Of a DNA stretch of 64,000 bases, positions 27,536-37,905 are shown one piece after another. The translations under genes were made by a program, and so were the position numbers. Position 1 is the first letter of the stretch. Every line of letters begins with the position of its first letter. The notes below the pieces were generated by a model, which saw only the letters and a program-made list of their open reading frames with translations, was not told the DNA's origin and ran no database searches. This stretch comes from Candidatus Woesearchaeota archaeon (lineage in GTDB: Archaea > Nanobdellota > Nanobdellia > Woesearchaeales > ARS49), in assembly GCA_016203305.1 (NCBI GenBank), contig JACQMY010000036.1, positions 1,886 to 65,885 of the forward strand, written 5' to 3'.

Positions 27536-29097
27536 TTTGATGAGCAGCTCTCGAGGAGCGTTTGCATGTCGATAATCAGTGCGGTGCTGCCGTCTCCCAG
27601 GATGGTCGCGCCCGAGAGCCCGTTTATATCGCGCAATGACGGATCAAGCGGCTTGATCAAGACATCTTGCCGTCCAACTATCCGGTCAACAAGAAAACCG
27701 ACGCGTTCCCCTCTGACATCCACTACGATTGCAACACTCCTTTTCCTTGTCTCTGAAGGCTGTTCAAAGAGTCTCGCGAGGTGGAACAGCGCAATTTCCT
27801 GATCCTCGAAAATAATAATCTCCTGTTTCTCCATGGTTTTGATGTCATTCTCTTCTGTCTCAACGATTTTCACAATATTCGTCATTGGGATGGCGTACGA
27901 TGCTTGCCCGACAGCTACAAGAAAACATTGGACGATAGCAAGCGTGAGCGGCAGTTCAATTGTGATCTTTGTTCCCTCACCCTTCTTGGTGTCAAGGACA
28001 ACCTTGCCGCTCAGAGACTCCACAGTTCTTTTCACCGCATCCAAGCCAACCCCTCTGCCAGAAATCTCCGTTACTTTTTTGCTTGTGGAATATCTTTGAT
28101 TGAATGGAAGCTGGTACACTTTTTCATCAGGCAGTTTCCCCAGTTGCTCTTTCGTGATAATGCCTTTTTCCACGGCGACACGCTTAATTTCCTCGATGTC
28201 CAAACCCGCACCATCATCTTCGACACTGATGAGAACCTTGTTCCTGTCTCTTACCGCGCTGAGCGTGATTCTTCCTGCCTTCTTTTTCAGTCCTCCCCGT
28301 TCTTCATTCGCCTCAATCCCATGATCAACCGCGTTTCGCAAGAGATGCACGAGCGGTTCACCGAGCTTATCCAATATCGTCCTATCGAGTTCACTATCAA
28401 GACCGCTCATGGAAAAATTGACTGCTTTGTTTTCGCGTGCCGCTAAGTCTCGAACCATTCGGGGAAACTGCATGCATATGTGCTCCAGCGGAATCATCCG
28501 CATCCCCATCACCTGGAACTGCAGTTCCTGCATCAACCTATCAAGTTCAGTCAACGGCTGGTTCAACGCTTCACAGTCCTGTTTTAACCGGCTCAGTTTC
28601 AATTTGTTGACGAGAAACTCTCCTACCAGCTCAAGCAACGCATCAAGTCTTGAGCTTTCAATTCGTATAGAGGACGGAGTTCTGGCGAGTTCAGGCCTTT
28701 CGGCCAAATGAATGCCGGCCTGCTTAGTCTTCCGGTCTTGCTTCTCTCGCGAATCCAAAACATGCCCGTTTTGCGCACCTTTATTCATCAACTCCTCCAC
28801 CGCGTTCCCCAGAGCATCGATAGATGCGAACAAAGTGTCAACCACCTCTTTGGTCAGCTTCACTTCCTTATTTCTAAGCTTGACAAGGAGATCCTCCATT
28901 TGGTGAGCCCTATCCGCGAGTTCTGTGAATCCCATCATGGCCGAAGAACCCTTGAGTGTGTGGGCGCTTCGAAACAATTGATTTATGCTCTCCTGGTCTC
29001 CTGGATTTTTCTCCAAAGCAATCAGTGCGCGGTTGAGCTTTTCGATATGTTCTCTCGACTCTGCAAGAAACTCTTTGAGGAATTTGACCGTATTCAT
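27532..29097 (-). CDS. cheA: chemotaxis histidine kinase CheA
   Basis: P1 Hpt 'HTLKGSSAMMGF', P4 ATPase 'HLLRNAVDHGIE', 'GRGVGLD', C-terminal CheW-like P5. Confidence 0.9.
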   Translation of the reverse strand: MNTVKFLKEFLAESREHIEKLNRALIALEKNPGDQESINQLFRSAHTLKGSSAMMGFTELADRAHQMEDLLVKLRNKEVKLTKEVVDTLFASIDALGNAVEELMNKGAQNGHVLDSREKQDRKTKQAGIHLAERPELARTPSSIRIESSRLDALLELVGEFLVNKLKLSRLKQDCEALNQPLTELDRLMQELQFQVMGMRMIPLEHICMQFPRMVRDLAARENKAVNFSMSGLDSELDRTILDKLGEPLVHLLRNAVDHGIEANEERGGLKKKAGRITLSAVRDRNKVLISVEDDGAGLDIEEIKRVAVEKGIITKEQLGKLPDEKVYQLPFNQRYSTSKKVTEISGRGVGLDAVKRTVESLSGKVVLDTKKGEGTKITIELPLTLAIVQCFLVAVGQASYAIPMTNIVKIVETEENDIKTMEKQEIIIFEDQEIALFHLARLFEQPSETRKRSVAIVVDVRGERVGFLVDRIVGRQDVLIKPLDPSLRDINGLSGATILGDGSTALIIDMQTLLESCSSK

Positions 29098-29447
29098 TTC
29101 ACACGTTTTAAGTTGAGACTTTTACCATTCAATTCCGCGGCGACGGCCATTTTCAAGACTTTTATCAAGGCTTTAACTGCGATGAAAATGTCACGACTGC
29201 CGTCGAGATCCTTCTTTTGCAATGCGGCCACCAGATTTTTGATATTATCAGAGATCTCTTGGGCAATGATTGCAACGGAGTTGTAACCCATCTGCAAGGA
29301 ACTCCCTCGCAACATGTGATTTAACCGTCTCAATTCCAGAAGGACCTTTTCATCGTAGCTGTTCTTATCCAGCTTTTGCACCGATTTTTTAATGCCGGCG
29401 ATGCATTTTTTCGCTTCCTCTTTGTAGAGTTTTTTGAGGCAGTCCAT
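29094..29447 (-). CDS. free-standing Hpt (histidine phosphotransfer) protein
   Basis: 'NHMLRGSSLQMGY' Hpt motif in a 117-aa helical protein between cheB and cheA. Confidence 0.6.
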   Translation of the reverse strand: MDCLKKLYKEEAKKCIAGIKKSVQKLDKNSYDEKVLLELRRLNHMLRGSSLQMGYNSVAIIAQEISDNIKNLVAALQKKDLDGSRDIFIAVKALIKVLKMAVAAELNGKSLNLKRVK

Positions 29448-29448
29448 G

Positions 29449-30447
29449 TTATATCAACTCCATTATTTTTTTTGGAATCCTGTCTAGAGACAACACGTGG
29501 TCGGCATACCCGCGTTCGATAACGGCTTTCGGCATCCCAAAAACAACGCTGGTGCGCTCATCCTGCGCTATGACCACTCCGCGATATTTCTTGACCTCTT
29601 CTGCGCCACGAACGCCATCCTGCCCCATGCCGGTCAAGATGACAGCAATAACATTCTCCTTGAACACCTGCGCTATCGATTTCAACGCAGTATCAATGCA
29701 GGGCATGAGCTCCGCTCTCTCTCTTTTCAGCCTGACTTTCGCGCCATTGTCCTTCGCTACTATCTCAAGCGCGAACCCTCCTGGCGCCACCAGCGCTTTT
29801 CCCTGACTCGTCCTCTCTCCTTGCTCCGCTTCTTTCACGCCAATTTCGCATCGCTTGTTCAGGCGCTCAGCGAATGTCTTGGTAAAACCAGGGGGCATGT
29901 GCTGGACGACCAGAAGAAAAGCGGGAAATCCCGTGGGAATTGATTTCAGGATGAATTCTATGGCTCTTGGACCCCCGCTGCTTGCGCCCAAGACCACTAT
30001 TTTATTCGAGCGCCGCGGAAACCTTCCGATTTTCCCGCGCTGTTCAAGAGCTAGCTTTTTGATCTCGACGGACGCTGCCGTCTTGACAAGCGCAATGAGC
30101 TCTTCCTTCAGGTCCATCATTTTTGAGTTCCGTTTTGGCTTGGTGATGAAATCAAATGCGCCATATTCGAAGGCAGTGAGCACTTCATGGGAGGAAAGAT
30201 CGTTTGTCGAAGAGGTGATGATCACCGGCACTGGCTGCGTGCCCATGATGTTGTGCAAGATATCCAGGCATGAAATCCTCTTCATGTCGATGCTCAGAAT
30301 GATAACATCGGGATGGAGCTTCAATTTCTGCATGGCTTCCTCGTAATCCTTGGCCGTGAACGCCTTTATCAAGGGATCAGAATTGAGAAAGTTGGCCAGC
30401 GTGAATCTGAGAAAGTAAGCATCGTCGATAACGAGGACTTTGATCAT
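29449..30447 (-). CDS. cheB: chemotaxis methylesterase CheB (receiver plus esterase)
   Basis: Receiver 'IKVLVIDD'. Esterase 'VVLGASSGGP', 'VVQHMPPGFT'. Confidence 0.9.
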   Translation of the reverse strand: MIKVLVIDDAYFLRFTLANFLNSDPLIKAFTAKDYEEAMQKLKLHPDVIILSIDMKRISCLDILHNIMGTQPVPVIITSSTNDLSSHEVLTAFEYGAFDFITKPKRNSKMMDLKEELIALVKTAASVEIKKLALEQRGKIGRFPRRSNKIVVLGASSGGPRAIEFILKSIPTGFPAFLLVVQHMPPGFTKTFAERLNKRCEIGVKEAEQGERTSQGKALVAPGGFALEIVAKDNGAKVRLKRERAELMPCIDTALKSIAQVFKENVIAVILTGMGQDGVRGAEEVKKYRGVVIAQDERTSVVFGMPKAVIERGYADHVLSLDRIPKKIMELI

Positions 30448-30800
30448 TTAAGCACCTTTTTGATCGTTTCAATGACTTTTTTCGGTTCGAACGGCTTTCC
30501 AACATATTGTTTCGCCCCGGCACGCAACGCGTCATCAATGGTTTCTTTCTGGCCTGTCGCGCTGATCATGATGACCTTCGCCAGAGAATCAATTTTCATG
30601 ATTTTCTGAAGCGCGGCCAAACCGCTATCTTTCATGACTATATCCAAGAGCACGATGTCTGGCTTCTCCTTTTTGTAGAGTTTTATCGCATCTTCACCAC
30701 TCTCTCCTTCAACAATCTGCTTGTAGCCTCCTTTCATGAGGATGTCTTTTAGAACCGCGCGAATGAATGCGCTATCGTCAACAATAAGTATTTTCGTCAT
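30444..30800 (-). CDS. cheY: chemotaxis response regulator CheY
   Basis: 118-aa receiver: 'ILIVDDS', 'IVLLDIVM', 'KPF'. Confidence 0.85.
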   Translation of the reverse strand: MTKILIVDDSAFIRAVLKDILMKGGYKQIVEGESGEDAIKLYKKEKPDIVLLDIVMKDSGLAALQKIMKIDSLAKVIMISATGQKETIDDALRAGAKQYVGKPFEPKKVIETIKKVLK

Positions 30801-31165
30801 CAGCCAAGCACCTTTTTCACTTCCGTAACTAGTTTCTGTTCCGTGACTGGCTTTGTGATATACGCCTTTACTCCCAATCTCAGCGCTTCATCAACGGTTT
30901 CTTTGGCGCGCACGATGCTTACCACGATGCATTTCACGGCAGGATTTATCTTCTTGAGCGCCCGAAACACATCAAGGCCGGCAGGTTCGCCAGGAAGCCG
31001 CAAATCAAGAAGCACTAAATCAGGCTTTTCTTTCCTGTATTTTTCCACGCCTTCGGCACCATTCTCCGCTTCAATGACATCCGTATAGCCGCCCTTTCGC
31101 AGCAAGTTTATGATAGCTTTTCGTTCAAACATCGAATCCTCAATGGTAAGTATTCTTTTTTTCAT
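30800..31165 (-). CDS. second CheY-like single-domain response regulator
   Basis: Receiver 'RILTIEDS', 'LVLLDLRLPG', 'KP'. Start moved to the internal Met (MKKRIL). The longer ORF 30800..31219 overlaps cheW. Confidence 0.75.
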   Translation of the reverse strand: MKKRILTIEDSMFERKAIINLLRKGGYTDVIEAENGAEGVEKYRKEKPDLVLLDLRLPGEPAGLDVFRALKKINPAVKCIVVSIVRAKETVDEALRLGVKAYITKPVTEQKLVTEVKKVLG

Positions 31166-31742
31166 GGGAGATCCTCCTTTTCGTTCTTTGACGCACGACC
31201 TCTTTTTTCGCGTCGGCAACGCTTTTTTGGGGCAATTTTTCCCCTTTCACTCCTCTCGACTCCGCCTGAATCACGATTTCATGCACGTCTGAACTCTCTT
31301 GTTCTGAGAGAATCTTTTGCAAATTCAAGAGTATGACCATACGTTCACCAAGTATGATGACTCCTTGAAGATACTCTGAATGGATTTTCGTTGATAAGAT
31401 CGCAGGCGTCTTCTTGATGGCGTCTTTTTCCGCCCGGAGCACTTCCGAGACCTGTTCAACGATGATGCCAAAAAGATTGTCGCCAGCATTCACGATAAGA
31501 ATGTGCTGCGGTTTGGATTCAGCAGTGACGTGAAATTTCTTTAGAAGATCAATTGCTACTATGATCTTTCCCCGTACATTGATGATTCCCTCGACAAAAA
31601 CAGGAGCGTTTGGAACCTTTGTTATCCTTGTTGCTTTGAGTATTTCCTTGACATCAAGGATCGGCGCAGCATACTCTTCTCCCCCGATAGCAAAAACAAC
31701 GAACTGCAGCTCCTCTTTTGGTTTTTCAAGCTCTGCGTGCAT
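31140..31742 (-). CDS. cheW: chemotaxis coupling protein CheW
   Basis: 'QFVVFAIGGEEYAAPILDVKEI' CheW-domain start. Confidence 0.85.
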   Translation of the reverse strand: MHAELEKPKEELQFVVFAIGGEEYAAPILDVKEILKATRITKVPNAPVFVEGIINVRGKIIVAIDLLKKFHVTAESKPQHILIVNAGDNLFGIIVEQVSEVLRAEKDAIKKTPAILSTKIHSEYLQGVIILGERMVILLNLQKILSEQESSDVHEIVIQAESRGVKGEKLPQKSVADAKKEVVRQRTKRRISHEKKNTYH

Positions 31743-31743
31743 A

Positions 31744-33681
31744 TTACCTTTTCGTTTTTTTCTTTATCCTTGGATCTTCATGCTGAACAGTTTCACGCGC
31801 TTCCTCGCGGGGTTCTGGACTCGTTTGTCGTTTTTGCGGCTCTTTACCCATAAGCACCTGAAGCCTTACGGCGATTTCCGCGAGTTGCCGTGCAGACGCG
31901 CTGACCTGTTGAACCGCAGCGCTCGTTTGCTGCATGGATGCACTTACTTGCTGCGTGCCGGCGGCATTCTCTTCAGCAGTCGCGGCAAGCTCGGTCATAG
32001 CAGCGACTATTTGCTGTGTGCCTGCTTGTTGCTGCTGCGTCGCCGCAGAAATCTCCTGCAACTGGGACGAGATACTTTGGGCAGCCAATGAGATATCTTT
32101 CACCGCATTGAGCGATGCGCCGATTACCTCCGAACCCTGGACGACTTGTTCCGCCCCCTTCTCCATCGAGCTTACCGCAGCATTCGTACTCTGCTGCATG
32201 TCCATGATAAGCGCGGAAATCTGTTCGGCAGCCCTTCCTGATTCTTCAGCAAGTTTTCTGACTTCATCAGCGACCACTGCGAATCCCCTGCCTTGCTCTC
32301 CTGCACGGGCAGCTTCAATGGCCGCGTTCAACGCAAGCAGATTTGTCTGCTCGGCGACGTCGTTGATAGTTTTGATGATTGTGCTTATCTTCGCGCTTTT
32401 CTCACCGAGCGCTTTTATGCCCGCCGTCGAGTCTAGAACACTGGTTTTGATAGCATCCAAATTCTTAACGCCCCGTTCAGCCGCGGTTCCTGCATCAATC
32501 GCTTTTTTGCTCGCATCAGCCGCGCTCTTCGCTGATTTCTGGGCGTTGTCCGCAACCTGGGTGATGGCTGACGACATCTCAGTGATGATTTTCCCAACCT
32601 CTTCAACCTTCTCGGTCGCCTTCGTACTTGATGCTGCCATCTGCTGAGTCGTAGAAGCTATCTCTTGAGTGGCGGATGCGGTCGAAGTGCTGGTTTCAGA
32701 GAGCTGTTCTGACGCGGTAGCAGTGTTCAAAGCAGTATCTTCAATTGTTGCGAAAATCTTTCTTATTAGGAAAAAGCTTACGAATCCCGTGATAAGCATC
32801 GCAACGAGCCCTATCAAAGAGAGCATTGTTGCGAATTGTTCACTTCTTTCCATCTCCCGCATCGTGATTGGTTGGAGTTCCTCATCGAGAAGCACATCCA
32901 TCTCACGGCTTGTTTTTGTGAACAGGTCTATATCGTACGTTTGCCTGTCTTCGTCAGCAATAGTCTCCTTTGTCAACACGCTTATCTTTTGCAATTCCAT
33001 CTTTATTTCCGCAAAGAAATCACGTTCTGCCTGAGAAAGCTCCAAGGTCCGATACCCATCCAGCAACAGTCCAGCACCAGCGATAGCACTATCGACACTC
33101 GTTTTCAGCTTTTGATCGGGCTTTATGAGATACAATTGCAGCAAAGACGTGATTTCGTAAGTCTTGCTTTCCAGCTTGAGAATGAGTTCCTTTTTCTCTC
33201 CCGAACGCGAATCATCCACTCTCAGCGCGCGTACATTGCTCGCAAGAAGTTCGCGCACCTTTTCTTCCAGCCGCAGCCGTTCTTCTCTTTTTTGGATCTG
33301 CTGATCCTCGAGCGCAAAGATTTCCTTCGCTTGAGAGTTGAATTGTTTCATAAACTCTCCGAACCGCAGGAGTGCGTAGCGTTCTTCATCGGTGCGCACA
33401 AGGGCGAGATACGCAGCATACTCCCGGTTCAAATCGTCACTGTTATCGGCAAACTGCACCTTTTCCTCAGGATTCTTTGTCGCTAGATAATCAACTACGT
33501 CTTTTGCGAATTCTTTTTGATTGATTTCCAACTCCATCGCCGCTTGAACCTTGGGAGTTGCATGTCCAACAAGTTCAACGACAGTCGAGCGTATAAAGAG
33601 AAGACTGCCGCCTGCTACCATCAGCACAATGAGAAACAAAGTTATCAATTTGGATTGAGCACCAAACTTTAGTTGAACCAT
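31744..33681 (-). CDS. methyl-accepting chemotaxis protein (two transmembrane segments, HAMP, signalling domain)
   Basis: Highly conserved signalling hairpin '...[34 protein letters not shown]...'. Confidence 0.9.
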   Translation of the reverse strand: MVQLKFGAQSKLITLFLIVLMVAGGSLLFIRSTVVELVGHATPKVQAAMELEINQKEFAKDVVDYLATKNPEEKVQFADNSDDLNREYAAYLALVRTDEERYALLRFGEFMKQFNSQAKEIFALEDQQIQKREERLRLEEKVRELLASNVRALRVDDSRSGEKKELILKLESKTYEITSLLQLYLIKPDQKLKTSVDSAIAGAGLLLDGYRTLELSQAERDFFAEIKMELQKISVLTKETIADEDRQTYDIDLFTKTSREMDVLLDEELQPITMREMERSEQFATMLSLIGLVAMLITGFVSFFLIRKIFATIEDTALNTATASEQLSETSTSTASATQEIASTTQQMAASSTKATEKVEEVGKIITEMSSAITQVADNAQKSAKSAADASKKAIDAGTAAERGVKNLDAIKTSVLDSTAGIKALGEKSAKISTIIKTINDVAEQTNLLALNAAIEAARAGEQGRGFAVVADEVRKLAEESGRAAEQISALIMDMQQSTNAAVSSMEKGAEQVVQGSEVIGASLNAVKDISLAAQSISSQLQEISAATQQQQAGTQQIVAAMTELAATAEENAAGTQQVSASMQQTSAAVQQVSASARQLAEIAVRLQVLMGKEPQKRQTSPEPREEARETVQHEDPRIKKKTKR

Positions 33682-34010
33682 TCAATACCTCTTTTCTCTA
33701 ATACTCATTCAATAACCTACATTGATTTATAAATATTGCGACCTTGAGCATGCATGCCATAGTTTCATAAGAGTATTCTACAGACAGAACTCGTCATTAT
33801 TGGCTGTCCCAGCATGCCACTAAGCAGTATAGCACTATTCAAGCTCGGCACTTCTCGTTATATCAAATCACTTGCAATTGGAACGGAATTCCCTGCAAAA
33901 GTGATTGATTATTAGGAAATAACATTACACACATTTCATTTATCCTAAAATAAGGTTATTTCCTATAAATATATAAACACGCTAACAGATTGTAAAAATA
34001 AAAGAGCACC

Positions 34011-35237
34011 ATGAACATAGGAACAAAACTCGTCTTACTTTTAATAACGGCAACAGGCATAGTTGCAGCAGCAGAGTACTATGCGCTCAGAACCATCAAC
34101 CACCCAATAAGCTTTGAAGTCCTCGCACTCACCGTAGCGCCACTCCTTTCAGCACTAGGAATAGGCATGCTGATGAGCTACAACGTCAGCAAAAACATCA
34201 AAAAACTAACGCACACAATAGAAGATATCAGCAAAGGAAAACTAGACGTGCACGTAGCAGGAAAAAACAGACAAGACGAAATCGGCGAACTCGCAAGAGC
34301 GTTCGACAGAATACTTGTATCGCTCAAGCTGGCAGTGGAAAAAGTAGGCCTGAAAAAAGAAGAACTCAAACTAGGGGAAGCACTAGAAGCAAAAGAAATC
34401 GCAGAACACCTAAAAAGAGAAGCAGAAGAAAGATACAAAGTACTCGCACAAACAAGCCCAGACTGCATCACCCTACTAGACAAACAAGGCAAAGTAGTCT
34501 TTATGAATTCAAGCGGGCTAAAAGAACACGGCTTCAAACAGCTAAGCCAAGCAGTAGGGAAAGACTACTTGGCATCAGCAATGAAAGACGAGTACAGAGA
34601 ACAAGGCAAACACGCGCTAACAAACGCGCTCAAAGGAAAAACAACAACACTGGAAGTCCAACACCGCACAATAGGCGCGCCAGAATGGAGCCTGGATACA
34701 TATACTCCTGTGAAGAGCGAGAAAGAGGAAATTACCCACATCCTGGTGCTCAGCAGAAACATCACAAAACTCAAAAAAACAGAGTCACAACTAGTAACAC
34801 AACGCAACTTCGTACAAGAGATGATAACAGGAGCAGGAGTGCCGATAATAGCATTCGACAACCACGGAAAACTCTTGCTTACGAACAAGACTCTTACGAA
34901 ACTGACAGGATATGAGCACATCGCGACCAAGCAAAACTGGCTGGAGACTGCATTCCCGACTGAGGCCAGAGAAAAGGTTGCCAAAGCGATTAGCGATGTT
35001 CAACGAGGGCAAGCAGTCACTGACTTTGTGACACCCCTGCGCTGCAAAGACGGAAGAGACATAATAGTAGTAAGCAACATCAGCCCAATAAAAGACGAGA
35101 AAAACAACATAACAGGAACAGTCATGTTCATGAGAGACCTAAGCGAAATATTCACACTAGAACAACAAATCATGCACTGGGCAAGCCAAGACCTAAGAAA
35201 ACCAGCAAACATAGAAATAACCAACCATAAGAGTTAA
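34011..35237 (+). CDS. membrane-anchored HAMP/PAS sensor protein with no kinase domain
   Basis: N-terminal transmembrane segments, HAMP, two PAS-like segments ('DCITLLDKQGKVVFMN', 'PIIAFDNHGKLLLTN'). Confidence 0.6.
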   Translation: MNIGTKLVLLLITATGIVAAAEYYALRTINHPISFEVLALTVAPLLSALGIGMLMSYNVSKNIKKLTHTIEDISKGKLDVHVAGKNRQDEIGELARAFDRILVSLKLAVEKVGLKKEELKLGEALEAKEIAEHLKREAEERYKVLAQTSPDCITLLDKQGKVVFMNSSGLKEHGFKQLSQAVGKDYLASAMKDEYREQGKHALTNALKGKTTTLEVQHRTIGAPEWSLDTYTPVKSEKEEITHILVLSRNITKLKKTESQLVTQRNFVQEMITGAGVPIIAFDNHGKLLLTNKTLTKLTGYEHIATKQNWLETAFPTEAREKVAKAISDVQRGQAVTDFVTPLRCKDGRDIIVVSNISPIKDEKNNITGTVMFMRDLSEIFTLEQQIMHWASQDLRKPANIEITNHKS

Positions 35238-35251
35238 AAACAATGCTTGGT

Positions 35252-35283
35252 TTGTAGTGTGTAGTTAGTAGTTACAAACTGCA
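35252..35283 (+). other. hairpin gtttgta-(18 nt)-tacaaac
   Basis: Same GTTTGTAG...CTACAAAC arms as the hairpin at 9626-9660. Confidence 0.5.
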
Positions 35284-35296
35284 AAGAGGTAAAAAA

Positions 35297-36046
35297 ATGG
35301 TCAAACGCGTTCAAACAGGAATAAAAGGATTTGACAAACTAGTCCAAGGAGGACTCCCAGAAAACTCAGTAACACTCCTAATCGGCACGCCAGGAACAGG
35401 AAAAACACTATTCTCACTGCAATACTTGCATAATGGAGCCACTAATAAGGAAAAAAGCATGTATGTGACTCTTGAACAGAGCTTGGAAGACATCAGAAGC
35501 CAAGCCAAGGATTTGGGAATGGATCTTGCGAAGGCAGAAAAAACAGGCATGCTGACGCTCATGCACATCCCAATACACGATCTAACTTTGAACACAATAG
35601 AGCAAATCAAAAAAGAAGCAGAAAAACGCAAAATCAAACGATTAGTCATTGACAGCATCTCAACACTCGCAGTAAATGCGCCAGTCTACACTCCTTTGAA
35701 AGATCTTGCACTCAGGGATGTCATGAACTACAAAGCATTCTTCTCACCGCCAATACTGGGAGACTTTGTGGTGAAACGATTCATCTACGGATTTTTATCA
35801 GATTTAAAACAACTGGGATGCACAACCATTGTAACAGGAGAAGCGCCAGAAAAAGGAGAATTCCTGACAAGGGATACTGTGAGCGAGTTTATTGCAGATG
35901 GCATAGTGAGCATCACCTTTGAGAGCATGGGAGGACAATACAGCAGGAGCCTACTCGTGCGCAAGATGCGAGGCACGAAAGCAGACGAGGACATACATCC
36001 ACTAGAAATCACTGACAAAGGACTTGTCATTCACACAGTCAAGTAA
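35297..36046 (+). CDS. KaiC-like RecA-superfamily ATPase (single domain)
   Basis: 'GIKGFDKLVQGGLPENSVTLLIGTPGTGKTLFSLQY' Walker A. 'LVIDSIS' Walker B region. Confidence 0.75.
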   Translation: MVKRVQTGIKGFDKLVQGGLPENSVTLLIGTPGTGKTLFSLQYLHNGATNKEKSMYVTLEQSLEDIRSQAKDLGMDLAKAEKTGMLTLMHIPIHDLTLNTIEQIKKEAEKRKIKRLVIDSISTLAVNAPVYTPLKDLALRDVMNYKAFFSPPILGDFVVKRFIYGFLSDLKQLGCTTIVTGEAPEKGEFLTRDTVSEFIADGIVSITFESMGGQYSRSLLVRKMRGTKADEDIHPLEITDKGLVIHTVK

Positions 36047-36058
36047 ATTTGTCGAACG

Positions 36059-36688
36059 TCACAAACGGACTTTGCCCAAATCAGGCACGACTTCCTCAAA
36101 AACAAACTTATTCGCCTTTACCAACGGGTCCTTCTTATTCCACTTGTCCATCGGGCGAACAACAAACTCGCAATACGGCTGGCCCTTGGCAATACATGAA
36201 GTCTCTATACAAGCAGTCTTCTTTCCAAGAATGTATTCAAGCACTCCAGCCCATGCGCCAGCGTTCCAATAATCAACAGCCTCCTTGCTTAGCCCAAGCG
36301 TTGCCTTATAGACCTTCGCATACGAGCAATTCATATGCAAAATGAAGTGCTCATTTTGAAAATCCATACGCACCCACTCTGAAGAACCATACCCAAGCAA
36401 GTCTGATTGTCCAGAACTAAAAAGAAGCAAGTCCTTTTTGCTTTTGAACGTCTGCGAATAGCCAAACTTTTCGCCTGTTATGCGAACACCCATATACGCC
36501 TGGAACTTCTCTGAAAAATAGTCTATCTTCTTGCGCGTATCACCTTTAACCAGCTGATCAGTGAGCCGGTCACGAACGAGAACACCTATTATCGGGTTAA
36601 TAAGACATGAGTGACCCCACAACGTCACCTCTCCCTTCTCATGCTTAAGCGCATCAAAGCGCAGTGCCTTTTCAACAATACTCGGCAT
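36059..36688 (-). CDS. V4R-domain (4-vinyl reductase-like) protein
   Basis: C-terminal 'CIETSCIAKGQPYCEF' cysteine pattern typical of V4R domains. Confidence 0.45.
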   Translation of the reverse strand: MPSIVEKALRFDALKHEKGEVTLWGHSCLINPIIGVLVRDRLTDQLVKGDTRKKIDYFSEKFQAYMGVRITGEKFGYSQTFKSKKDLLLFSSGQSDLLGYGSSEWVRMDFQNEHFILHMNCSYAKVYKATLGLSKEAVDYWNAGAWAGVLEYILGKKTACIETSCIAKGQPYCEFVVRPMDKWNKKDPLVKANKFVFEEVVPDLGKVRL

Positions 36689-36696
36689 AAAAACCC

Positions 36697-37806
36697 CTAG
36701 CCTTGCCGAGTATAAATAGCTTGTGTCATCACTTTCAACTCAAGTCTGTCAAAATGCTCGCGAAAGGACGCTATCAGTTCTTCTGTTCCGTGCATCACGG
36801 GAGCCTCCCCATCCAATCTTGTCGTCAGCAACACACAATCGTAACGCCGCCCTTCTTCCTCGTACCACGCAGGAAGATAACCACTCATCCTAAAACGCTG
36901 GTTCGGAACCCCATTAAATTGGGCACATAACTGCGCGATGAGTTCAGCCTTATCCGCTAACACATACATCGAGACATGCCCGGCAACAGTTGATATTGGT
37001 TGGGCGGGCGTTGCTTGCGGTGCGATGAAATCCCAGATTAAACGCAACGCATCGGAAACATTATCCGCATTCACTCCTGTTATCGCGAGACACTTGCTTG
37101 GTTCAAAGTCAGCAAATGCCACTCGCCCATAACGCGATTCGTATGACCTCTCAGCCGCAGGGCCAACAATGAGCCTAGCAGGATACTGCCCGATATTTGT
37201 CTCAAGATCAAACTGTTCAACAAGCCTTGTTAGCTCCCTGCTCTTCCCATAAAGAGGATTTTGGGGAACAACGCGCGAAAGCGTCTTATGTGGATTATAG
37301 ACAAAACACATCAGATGCTCTTCACGAACCCCTGAGACTATATGCATCCCTCCATCGCTTCCGACAACTGCTATTGGCGGGGTGGTCTTCTCAAGCAGAC
37401 GTTTCATCAGGTCAGAACGTGGATACCCAAACACCATATCGCAATCGGGACGATGGAATGCTGTTTGCAACACCATCTCATAGAGAAACTTCCCTATATT
37501 GCGCCCATTGTACGACCCACGTGTCACACTCCTACAAGTCTCATAACTCTTATTCCATGATTCGGGCTTTGCAACAGCAGCACCCACGAGTTCACCTTTG
37601 TCAAATGCAACCATCCATATATGCTCATTTTTCTCAATTATATCATTGATCCGCACAGGATCAAGACAATCAACAATTGGATACCCTCCTTTGTAAACCT
37701 CATCATAGAGCTTTGCAAGCTTATGAGCATCGCTTGGAACCGCACTCCTATAATGAATCGTGCCCTGATCATCCGTACGTGAAAACCCTTTCTTGAATGG
37801 AACCAT
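36697..37806 (-). CDS. hypothetical protein with an N-terminal GNAT-like acetyltransferase region
   Basis: 'IHYRSAVPSDAHKLAKLY...GELVGAAV' GNAT-like. Weak call. Confidence 0.4.
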   Translation of the reverse strand: MVPFKKGFSRTDDQGTIHYRSAVPSDAHKLAKLYDEVYKGGYPIVDCLDPVRINDIIEKNEHIWMVAFDKGELVGAAVAKPESWNKSYETCRSVTRGSYNGRNIGKFLYEMVLQTAFHRPDCDMVFGYPRSDLMKRLLEKTTPPIAVVGSDGGMHIVSGVREEHLMCFVYNPHKTLSRVVPQNPLYGKSRELTRLVEQFDLETNIGQYPARLIVGPAAERSYESRYGRVAFADFEPSKCLAITGVNADNVSDALRLIWDFIAPQATPAQPISTVAGHVSMYVLADKAELIAQLCAQFNGVPNQRFRMSGYLPAWYEEEGRRYDCVLLTTRLDGEAPVMHGTEELIASFREHFDRLELKVMTQAIYTRQG

Positions 37807-37905
37807 AACCGCCTCTTTCTACCGACAAACTTTGCCAGCTACGCAAAAATTATACCAACCGCTACAAAAATATTCTCGCTATTTAAACATTTGGAACGAT
37901 TATCG

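Noticed and set aside
30800-31219. Long form of the CheY-like ORF with an 18-residue basic N-terminal extension.
   Set aside because: The extension overlaps the cheW 3' end by 80 nt. The internal Met (MKKRILTIED) gives a canonical receiver start, so the shorter gene model was used.
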